DNA of 64,000 nt. Source: Gammaproteobacteria bacterium. GTDB lineage: Bacteria; Pseudomonadota; Gammaproteobacteria; Burkholderiales; Burkholderiaceae_C. A program made the position numbers and the translations under genes. This document shows positions 27,277 to 35,259 of the stretch, in pieces. The notes under the pieces are model-generated. The model searched no databases. It was not told the DNA's origin and saw only the letters and a list, made by a program, of their open reading frames with translations. The stretch covers positions 15,276 through 79,275 of the forward strand of contig JAHJOG010000032.1 in NCBI GenBank assembly GCA_018820395.1, given 5' to 3'. The number at the start of each line of letters is the position of its first letter. Position 1 is the stretch's first letter.

Positions 27277-28623
27277 TCAGTGCGCCGGCTTCGCGGCTTT
27301 GCCCGCCGACCGCAGTTCAGGCGCCGAGTCGTGCTCTTCAAAAAACCCGTGCTGGCTCAAACCGGGAAATGACTTCTTCAGATGCGCGACGAATCTTTCA
27401 TCGGTGATGGTCTCGTAGGTCAGATCCTTGAAGATCACTTTCACCGTCGGCTGGAAGAACCTGTCCCCCAGGTTGAACGCTTGCGAAAGCTCGGCCTCAA
27501 CCGCTGCACGGTAGTCGTTGTCGGTGGGTGCGAGCGACATCGAGTACTTCATCAGGCGCGCTGGTGGCCGTTGCAGCACACCGGGTAGGAGGGCTTGGGT
27601 CAAGTCCTTCACGGACGCCTCCACGGCCTGATCCAGTTGCTGCTTTACGGCCACCGTGTACGACGCCACACGGGCTTTGAACCATTCCAGCCGCGTATCG
27701 AAAGCCTTCCGCCGCATCTTCGAAATGAGCTGCCCATGGCCTGGAACGGGCGTCAAGAAGTCCGTGTAGATCTTCTTGCGCTCTTCTTCGATCGCCAACT
27801 CGGAGTAGTTCACCATCGAGGGCTTGCCTTGTTTGTCGAGTTGTGGTGCGCCGGTGTCGGGGTCCGCGTCGGCGATCTGAACGACCAGAGATTCCTTGCC
27901 CTCCAGCAACGAGAAGCTGTTCCGCAGCCTGGCCTCCAAGGTCTTGTCGGTGCCTACCAACAAGTCGGTGGGAATCTGCACGCGCCGGGCTGTGAGCTTG
28001 TAGCCTGTGACTTCAAAGTCAACGTATTGGAGTTTGGTGTTGTAGACGCGCTCGGTACGCGCCACGTCGAACGGCTTCGGAGGCAGGCGTTCCAGTTCGT
28101 TCAAGCTCTTTTGCAGCAGTTCCGGTGTGGCAGCCACAGCGCCCACCTCGGCCTCGCTGGGCAGGGGCGTCGTCGCGTCACACTCGCCTTCCGCTGCACA
28201 GGCCTTCAGCACCCGGTCCAGAGGATTGCTGGCCCCCAGAGTGATGGCGTTGGGCTGATCCGCCCGGTCGGAGCCAGCTTCAATCAGCAAAGGGGTGGGC
28301 GAGTACACCGCGATCTGGTCATCTGCCACCAGTACACCCAACCGCAGGCCGGGTTGGTAGCGGATCGGCAGCATCTGCCCCGTAGCCAGAGCCTGCAGTG
28401 CCTTCAGGCCGTCGACCGTGCCATAGCCCAGCCGGCACACTTCGGGGTCGGCGTCGATGATCACGGTCAGCGCCGGAGGCTGCGCCCGCTGCATCGCCAC
28501 GGCCATGGCAGCGACGATCTTCTCTGTGATGCCAGGTGCGATATAGACCAGGCGCTCGCGGCAGTGATCCACCGCTGCAGCCAGCGTATCTTCGTTGACG
28601 ACGGTAAATGTAGACAAGCGCAA
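27277..28623 (-). CDS. Hypothetical 448-aa protein (operon member, no confident domain)
   Basis: TTG start at 28623 preceded by GAGAGGA. 'LVYIAPGITEKIV...LTVIIDADPEVCRLGYGTVDGLKAL...GLRLGVLVADDQIAVYSPTPLLIEAG' is vaguely PLD-fold-like but lacks H-x-K. AAGGAG for the next gene lies just after its stop. Confidence 0.6.
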   Translation of the reverse strand: MRLSTFTVVNEDTLAAAVDHCRERLVYIAPGITEKIVAAMAVAMQRAQPPALTVIIDADPEVCRLGYGTVDGLKALQALATGQMLPIRYQPGLRLGVLVADDQIAVYSPTPLLIEAGSDRADQPNAITLGASNPLDRVLKACAAEGECDATTPLPSEAEVGAVAATPELLQKSLNELERLPPKPFDVARTERVYNTKLQYVDFEVTGYKLTARRVQIPTDLLVGTDKTLEARLRNSFSLLEGKESLVVQIADADPDTGAPQLDKQGKPSMVNYSELAIEEERKKIYTDFLTPVPGHGQLISKMRRKAFDTRLEWFKARVASYTVAVKQQLDQAVEASVKDLTQALLPGVLQRPPARLMKYSMSLAPTDNDYRAAVEAELSQAFNLGDRFFQPTVKVIFKDLTYETITDERFVAHLKKSFPGLSQHGFFEEHDSAPELRSAGKAAKPAH

Positions 28624-28648
28624 TGTCCTCTCTGGAGCCAGATACGGC

Positions 28649-30112
28649 CTACTTCACTCGGCCGCCAGGACCCACTCGGGACGCGCCCGCGTAACCTTTA
28701 CCAAGCAGCTCAAGCTCCTCCTCAACAAGTCGCTCGACATGGTGCTTTTTGCGAAAGACGATGCCGCGCTCGTCGCGAGGGCTGCCCTGCGAATCGCCCT
28801 TGTAGGAGAGCCAGTTGAAGCTCGTGACTACCGCGAACTGGTCATCGCAAACAAGGGACTTGCGGTGCGTGTTCCCTATGTGCACAAAGCGGAAGTTCTT
28901 GTGCCGGATCGCTAGCTCTCGCAAATCAGTCTCGGCGCGCGGCGTGATGTCGGGTTTGTCTTTGGCCGCGTTCCTCTTGCCATTGCCATCGGCCTTTTCT
29001 ATACCGTACCCAATGTACACCTCGACGCCAGACCGCAAGAGGGCGTCCAGCGATGCGATGAACGGCCAATCGATGACGGAATCGCGAATCCAAGGGGACA
29101 CGATCACAAGCCTGCGCCTCGCCGACAGGAGCGCCTTCTTCAGATACGGGGGGTGCTCATGACAAAGCAGCGTCTGCATCGTTTCCACATCCGGTACAAC
29201 CTGGGACTTGGTCGTGGCTTCGGCTGGGATCGGTACGGGCGCGTCGCTGGGTTGGGCCGGGGCAACAGGCGTTGGCGCTTCTTCACGTGTGACCGTCGCT
29301 ATCACCTCAGGCAGCGCAGCCTCAACGGACGCAGTTGCATCCGTCATCAGCAAGCGTGCACCGACAAGATCCGGTCCACCGATCGCCTGAAACCGGACCT
29401 CGTGCTCCATGGCAGGACCGTCTTCGCGCCAGAACGAGACTTCCACCTCGGGTGGCTGAGCGTGACTCTTGTAGAACAGCATGACGCACCGCAAGAAGTG
29501 CAATTCACGCCGCTCGATTCTTCGAACTGCCAGCAGCGTGCCTGTCGGTTCAGCCGTGGCCGACTGTCGCTGGAGAACCTTGTCGAAGTCCTGAAGCGGG
29601 ATGTCCTCAACTTCGGGCCGTTTTGAGCTTCCTGTAGGCACTTCGAAGTATCCCAACTGCCTCATGTCTCGCGACCGGTCCAACTGTTCTGGCGCGACGA
29701 GCAGCAGCTTCTTAGTCAGAGCATCAAAGCAGACCGACACCACGCGCTCCTGTGGCTGCACCGTCGCCGCCTCGGCCAATGCAAGACGGCCCTTGGCGGC
29801 GAGCGTCACCTTGGCGTCAGCATCTGCCGCGCCTCGCGAATAGTTGATGAGTTCCGCCGTATTCAAACTGGCCAGCACCGGGGTGAGGACCGTACGCGGC
29901 AACCCCAGGAACTCGAAGATGCTTCCGGGCGATTCGAGGCCCGACCGCACCGCCTTCAGCACCGCCTCTTCGATGGGGCTGAGCGCCTTGCGCTCTAGAA
30001 CCAGAATCCGGAGCTTCAGCACATAGACCGGCAAGCCGGCCTCCTTGAAGGAAACCAGGTCGTACCCAGGCCGAGCGTGTGCTGTCTGTTCGAGAATTTG
30101 CTCCAAGCTCAT
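28649..30112 (-). CDS. PLD-family (single HKD) nuclease with an N-terminal wHTH-like region (MkoB-like or DrmC-like)
   Basis: C-terminal 'VIVSPWIRDSVIDW...VEVYIGYGIE...FRFVHIGNTHRKSLVCDDQFAVVTSFNWLS' contains H-x-K-x4-D plus a (G/T)SxN-like element. Its start overlaps the upstream stop (ATGA at 30109-30112). Confidence 0.8.
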   Translation of the reverse strand: MSLEQILEQTAHARPGYDLVSFKEAGLPVYVLKLRILVLERKALSPIEEAVLKAVRSGLESPGSIFEFLGLPRTVLTPVLASLNTAELINYSRGAADADAKVTLAAKGRLALAEAATVQPQERVVSVCFDALTKKLLLVAPEQLDRSRDMRQLGYFEVPTGSSKRPEVEDIPLQDFDKVLQRQSATAEPTGTLLAVRRIERRELHFLRCVMLFYKSHAQPPEVEVSFWREDGPAMEHEVRFQAIGGPDLVGARLLMTDATASVEAALPEVIATVTREEAPTPVAPAQPSDAPVPIPAEATTKSQVVPDVETMQTLLCHEHPPYLKKALLSARRRLVIVSPWIRDSVIDWPFIASLDALLRSGVEVYIGYGIEKADGNGKRNAAKDKPDITPRAETDLRELAIRHKNFRFVHIGNTHRKSLVCDDQFAVVTSFNWLSYKGDSQGSPRDERGIVFRKKHHVERLVEEELELLGKGYAGASRVGPGGRVK

Positions 30113-33100
30113 GGTGCAACCTCCTCGATGACGCAGGTCTGCGGGTTGCGGCGGATGTAGTCGATGACATCTCGCAGCGGGTTCTTCGCGCCAGGCGCTG
30201 CCTGGCAGAAAGCGTGGTCGCCGACAATGGCGAGCAGTTCCCTACCTCGGGACAGCGCCACATTGATGCGCTCCATTTCCCTCAAGAAACCCAGCCCCTT
30301 GACTTCGGAACGCGTCACAGAGAACACCAGAACATCTGCCTCGCGACCTTGAAATGCGTCGACCACATTGACAAAGATCTCAGAAAAGCTCTTCCATTGG
30401 TTGCGCCTGGTCTGGACTGCGGTCTGCAATCGCTGCCGCTGGGGGTCATAGCCGGCCAGAACGGCCACGCTCACTCTCTTGTCCTTGTTTCGCCCCCCTT
30501 GGATGTAGAAGTCAATGCGCGAGAGCAGGTTCATCACCAACTCGACCTCGACGTCGTTGTAGAAGGATGTTCCCTGGGGCCTTGAGCCTCGGTTGGGTTT
30601 GCGGGCGGTTGAATACCACGTGACGGGCTTCGGCATGACGCCCGTCAGGTGCGACGCAGGAGTCCGTTCGATGCTGCGCAGGTCCTTGCCGTAGAAGCAC
30701 TCCGAGATCAGATCGCCGATCGCTGGGAGCATCCGGTGCTGTGTCGTCAGCGTCTTCTTCAGTGCGCTGGGCAAATGGGCGCTCAAGTGGTTGAACAGCG
30801 TCGCTTTCTGGTCCTCAGGCTTCAGTCCCCATTTCTCCAGCAGGCCGAGCGCCTTCAGCTCTGGGTCTTGGAACGGTGAAAGTTGCTTGCTATCACCCAC
30901 CACCACCGTGCGGCGCGCTCGCGCCATCGGGACAAGCACCTCGGTAGGCGTCGCGATGGAGGCCTCGTCCACAATGCACAGGTCATAGCTGATGTCGTTG
31001 CGTCCGGGAATGCTCATCACGCCCAGGCACGTTCCGGCAACGACCTGGCTGGCCGCGATGACGGCCGCCTGGAACTCCCTGCCGCGCCCGAAGGCTGTCT
31101 CCCATTCCGCATGGGTCTGGAGCAACTGCTTGAGTTGTCCACCTGCCGGCGTGCGGGCGGCATAGGCCTCGGCCCATCCTCGCAGGTCTGCCGCCGAGCA
31201 TTCAGCGAACTCTTTCAGCTCTTCTTTGGTGTCGACGTAGGTCCCAAGGTCCTTCATCGACTCCTTGAGAACCCGTTCAAGCCCATCACGCTCCTTGCTC
31301 AGCCCTTCAAACTGATCCTCGACTGCGGCAAGTTCCTCCGCACTCAGCGTCTTGCGGCTCTCATCCGACAACTGCGGCTCCAGGACCTGCATGTAGCCTT
31401 CCACTTCCTCCAGACGTGTCTTGAGGAAGGCGTGACGCTCCAGCGCCATTGCGCGGCGGACGTCCCTCACGTTCAAGTCGTGCTCCAGTGCCCAGCGCTC
31501 CATGAATGCATGTCCGGCGGCCAGTGCCTGCTTACGCATCTCGGGCAACTTGGCGTCCAGCATCAGCTTGCGCGTGGAGGTGGCAATGCGCTCGTCGTCC
31601 TCTTGCCCAATGCGCACTGCGCTGACCGCCATTCCCGACTGCCCAACGATGCGCTCAAGTGAGTTGTCGAGTGCCACATGCGTTTGCGAGGTCAGCAACA
31701 CTCGGGCATTCGGGTTGGACTTGAGGGTCTGCAGAACCAGCTCGGTGATGAACGTCGTCTTGCCGGTCCCCGGAGGGCCTTCAACCAGCAAGAGGGCGGG
31801 CCCGGACAGCGCCGCAGCCACCGCCTCCTTCTTATCATCGTCAATGTTCGGATTGATGAACTCGACCTCGACCTGTTCCGGAACTGGAACGCGATCCGGG
31901 CTGACGATGTAGCCGCCAAGTTCTGGATTGACCGAGCGACCGTAGCGCACGGCGTCAACGGCCGACTTCTGCTTGCCCAAGGAACCGTCAGTCTTGGCAG
32001 TGTCTGTTTCGACAATGCCCTCTTCCGGAATCGCACCCGCGTCAATGCGATTCCTGACGCTCGGCCGGATGATCAGGCTGCCTTCTGACCGGGATACAGC
32101 CCGGCCGCGGAATTCGCCCAGCCGTCCTGCTTGAACCATCACGTCCTGACCAACAAGTGCGGAGCCGTCAGTGTCTGGCTTCAGCTTCAGTCGAACGAAC
32201 TCTCCCGATCCCTCGCGACCTGAATACGCCAAGCGCACGCATCGCATCTTCTCCAGTTCCGTCTTGGCACTGAGCAGATCGACCCATGTTTGGTAGAGCG
32301 CAAGCTCTCGCTGTTCGAGCTTGCGCTGCTTCTGGTCCGCCGAAAAGGTGAGCAGTCTGTCCAGCAGGCTATCCAGCGCCTCATTGGACGCCTGGCTGGT
32401 AGTGCCCGAGAGCGCGAGGCGCACTTCAGGGTCTGCTGCATTGTTTCGCTTGCGATCAATCTCTGAAGGTTGATACTCCAGCGCAGCGACCAAGACCAAC
32501 TTTCCGCCAGAACTATCGCGGAGAGCGGTGTAGCCATACTTGCCACCATAAACACGAAAACTGCGGTCTGGCTTCTCGGCCGTTGGGGGCAGTTCCTCCA
32601 TGCGAGCGCCTTCCAGGTCTCGCTCGATGAACCGTTCTCCCTGCGGACCTCGCAAGCCGAGGTCATGTTCGACCGCATCACGGACCTTGTTTGTCAGCGC
32701 GACCAGTACCGGCGGAAGAGTCTGGGCCATCGGCGCAGGTGCAGCGCGCTCCAATTCCGCCTGCAGGAGCACCGCATTTGCAGGCCTCAGCTCGGGCTGA
32801 TTGAGTTCCAGGCAGCGCCGCAGCACCCGCCGGATCGGCTCCTCAAGTGGCGCCTCCTCCAGCAACGCGAATAGCTCCTCGTACTTGGAAGGTGCCCTGC
32901 CCGTGAGCGCGGCAATACTCAGTGCCGCAAACCCAAAGACGTCTCGGCTGTAGCTGTAGCTGCCGTCGTCCAGTTCGGGCGGTGAGTATGGCGCCGACGA
33001 GAACCTGGCCAGTGTCACACCCGGCGCCAGGAAGTTGCGAATCTTGGAAATGCCGAAGTCGCAGAGCTTCGCAAGCCCTTCGTCAGTCACCAGCACGTTG

Positions 33101-33570
33101 GAAGGCTTCACATCCCGATGCGCGGTGGATCGCGTATGGGCAAAGGCCAATGCATCGAGAACGCCCTTTCCGATAGATCGGTAGTAGGCCTCCCAGGTCT
33201 CGTACTTGCCCGGCGACAAGACGGCGCTGAGATCCTGCTCGACCCACTCCATCACGACGAAGTGCACGCCGTTTTCGTCGTCGCGCCCTGAATCGAGGAT
33301 GCGCACAATGTGCCGGTGCGTCAGATCCGACAGCGCTTGGACCTCGCGCCGAAACGACTCTTCAATGACCTCGTCGGTATTGCCTTCGCTCCTGAAAACC
33401 TTCAGCGCGACCATGCTGCTGGTCTCAATGTCGGTGGCGCGGTAAACCGACGAGAGGCCTCCGCTCTTCGGATTTCCCCGTGTGATGTAACGCCCGTCAC
33501 CCAGGCTCAGTCGTTTGGCTTCTTTGCGCTCAGCGATATCCTTGAGCGTGACCTTGTTGTTCTCCGACAT
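30109..33570 (-). CDS. Ser/Thr protein kinase fused to an Upf1/DNA2-like SF1 helicase (MkoA-like)
   Basis: AAGGAG lies 7 nt upstream of the ATG at 33570 (the ORF is open from 33618). Kinase motifs: 'GGLSSVYRA', 'MVALKVFR', 'HRDVKPSNVLV' and 'CDFGISK'. Helicase motifs: 'VEGPPGTGKTTFITELV', 'CIVDEASIATPTE', 'VVVGDSKQLSPF', 'TQHRMLPAIGDLI', 'VDAFQGREADVLVFSVTRS' and 'RINVALSRGRELLAIVG'. Confidence 0.9.
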   Translation of the reverse strand: MSENNKVTLKDIAERKEAKRLSLGDGRYITRGNPKSGGLSSVYRATDIETSSMVALKVFRSEGNTDEVIEESFRREVQALSDLTHRHIVRILDSGRDDENGVHFVVMEWVEQDLSAVLSPGKYETWEAYYRSIGKGVLDALAFAHTRSTAHRDVKPSNVLVTDEGLAKLCDFGISKIRNFLAPGVTLARFSSAPYSPPELDDGSYSYSRDVFGFAALSIAALTGRAPSKYEELFALLEEAPLEEPIRRVLRRCLELNQPELRPANAVLLQAELERAAPAPMAQTLPPVLVALTNKVRDAVEHDLGLRGPQGERFIERDLEGARMEELPPTAEKPDRSFRVYGGKYGYTALRDSSGGKLVLVAALEYQPSEIDRKRNNAADPEVRLALSGTTSQASNEALDSLLDRLLTFSADQKQRKLEQRELALYQTWVDLLSAKTELEKMRCVRLAYSGREGSGEFVRLKLKPDTDGSALVGQDVMVQAGRLGEFRGRAVSRSEGSLIIRPSVRNRIDAGAIPEEGIVETDTAKTDGSLGKQKSAVDAVRYGRSVNPELGGYIVSPDRVPVPEQVEVEFINPNIDDDKKEAVAAALSGPALLLVEGPPGTGKTTFITELVLQTLKSNPNARVLLTSQTHVALDNSLERIVGQSGMAVSAVRIGQEDDERIATSTRKLMLDAKLPEMRKQALAAGHAFMERWALEHDLNVRDVRRAMALERHAFLKTRLEEVEGYMQVLEPQLSDESRKTLSAEELAAVEDQFEGLSKERDGLERVLKESMKDLGTYVDTKEELKEFAECSAADLRGWAEAYAARTPAGGQLKQLLQTHAEWETAFGRGREFQAAVIAASQVVAGTCLGVMSIPGRNDISYDLCIVDEASIATPTEVLVPMARARRTVVVGDSKQLSPFQDPELKALGLLEKWGLKPEDQKATLFNHLSAHLPSALKKTLTTQHRMLPAIGDLISECFYGKDLRSIERTPASHLTGVMPKPVTWYSTARKPNRGSRPQGTSFYNDVEVELVMNLLSRIDFYIQGGRNKDKRVSVAVLAGYDPQRQRLQTAVQTRRNQWKSFSEIFVNVVDAFQGREADVLVFSVTRSEVKGLGFLREMERINVALSRGRELLAIVGDHAFCQAAPGAKNPLRDVIDYIRRNPQTCVIEEVAP

Positions 33571-33654
33571 CTGCGTTTGCTCCTTTGATGCCCTTTCGCT
33601 AGCAATGCGAAGGGCCAATGAACGGTCGTACTTCCTGTGTTGGCGGCGGCGCGG

Positions 33655-35259
33655 CTACTTCATCATCTCCACCAGGTTCAAGCCCTTCGCCATCACTTGG
33701 ACGCCCTGCGGACTCTTTCCCGTGGCGAAAACCGTTTCCCAGAAGCTGTTGTTCGCCTTGCCGCCGAACACGGTCTCCGAGAGATCCTTGTTGGCCCACA
33801 GCGGCAAGCCCGCCAGATTGCGCACGAAGTTGCGGATGTTGGTCCACAGTTGCTCTGGGAACGGGTACTGGAACAGCCGTTCCTTCTGCGTGGGCATGCC
33901 TGTATTCACGAAGTAGGTGTACGCGATCTGCTCCACGAATTTCAGCCAGTTGTAGAGCACTTCCTCCTTGCTCATGCGAAAGGCGCGCAGGTGCGGCAGT
34001 GGGAAGTTCGTGCCCTTCTGCAGCTGGCTTTCGATCTTGTCGGTGCCGATGTCGCTGTCGAACTTGCCGATGTAGATCTCTTCGGCAATCACGTTCATCA
34101 GCCGGATAAGTTGCGAAGTCTCGAGTTCCCGTGGGTTCTGTCCATCCTCCAGACCGAAGTGCAGCGGTGTATCGAGCACCTCTTGGTAGATGAAGAAGGA
34201 GTAGAAGGTCTTGTCGATGGAGCTGTACGAAAGCGGGCGCTCCTTGCCGCGGCCGCCGTAGTCGATGAAGTCGCGCAGCTTGTTGTCAGCGGACGAAGTC
34301 ACGCCATCGCGCACCGCGTCCAAGATGTAGCGCTTCATCTCGCGCGACTGGCCCTTGAAGTACGACACGAGATCACGCTCGCTGAAAGCCAGGTCCTCGC
34401 TTGAGCGGCTAGTCTCGGTGCGGAAGCGGTCGATGCGATCACGGTACAGCGTGCTGCCCAGGTGCCGCTGCACCGACTTGTCGAACGCCACCTGCTTGAG
34501 CGTGGTGCCGGCGTTGGTATTGGTGGTGATCAGCGTATCGGGGTCGGGGTCGATGAACACGCGCACCGGCATGGCCTTTGCGCCCAGCATGATCTGCGCT
34601 GCGGCCTTGTGCTGGCCGTCGAACACGTGCACAGCGCTCTTGCCTCCCGCGGATGTCATCCACGCCAGCGGCACATGCAACTGCGGGCGCTTCAGGTAAA
34701 ACTCTTCGACTAGTTTGCTGATGTTGCTGCCTATGGCGCGCGGGTTGATGCGGTCGTCGTGCCGCAGGTACTGAATGGGCAGCTTGACGAAGAAGTAGCG
34801 GAAGCCGCTCAACTCGTCCAAGTACACCGGCACTGTGTAGATCGCCTGATCGCCCACGGCGCTGAGCGTGAACTGAATCTGGTCGCCGACCAGCTTGAAG
34901 CTCAACTCGGCCTGTCCGCCGCCAGCCTGCGTAAGGATGTCGCCCAAGTTGGGGCTGCGGTTGTCAGGCTCCAGCGCCTCTTTCAATGCGGCAAAGCGCT
35001 GCAGCAGCCGGGCCACTTCCAGATTCGTCGCCTGCTTGGAGCGGTTGCAGCTGTCGTGCGTGAGCGCGAAATTGCTCGGGTCGTCCTTGCCGCCTGTCTT
35101 GAGCGGGATGACATGGTCGACGTCAAGGTTGTCCTTGTGCAACTGAAGGTCCAGCACCTTCTCGCAGATGAAGCAGTGCCCGCTCTGGGTTTGGTGCAGT
35201 GTCTCGATCAGCGCCTTGCGCTCGTCGGAGGTCTGGCGGTTGAGGAACAGCGATGACAT
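33655..35259 (-). CDS. HNH nuclease fused to a DGQHR (DndB/ParB-like) domain
   Basis: The ATG at 35259 overlaps the MTase stop (TGATG). HNH: 'CFICEKVL...LDVDHVIPLKTGGKDDPSNFALTHDSCNRSK'. DGQHR-like: 'AVHVFDGQHKAAAQIMLG', followed by a long helical region. Confidence 0.8.
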   Translation of the reverse strand: MSSLFLNRQTSDERKALIETLHQTQSGHCFICEKVLDLQLHKDNLDVDHVIPLKTGGKDDPSNFALTHDSCNRSKQATNLEVARLLQRFAALKEALEPDNRSPNLGDILTQAGGGQAELSFKLVGDQIQFTLSAVGDQAIYTVPVYLDELSGFRYFFVKLPIQYLRHDDRINPRAIGSNISKLVEEFYLKRPQLHVPLAWMTSAGGKSAVHVFDGQHKAAAQIMLGAKAMPVRVFIDPDPDTLITTNTNAGTTLKQVAFDKSVQRHLGSTLYRDRIDRFRTETSRSSEDLAFSERDLVSYFKGQSREMKRYILDAVRDGVTSSADNKLRDFIDYGGRGKERPLSYSSIDKTFYSFFIYQEVLDTPLHFGLEDGQNPRELETSQLIRLMNVIAEEIYIGKFDSDIGTDKIESQLQKGTNFPLPHLRAFRMSKEEVLYNWLKFVEQIAYTYFVNTGMPTQKERLFQYPFPEQLWTNIRNFVRNLAGLPLWANKDLSETVFGGKANNSFWETVFATGKSPQGVQVMAKGLNLVEMMK

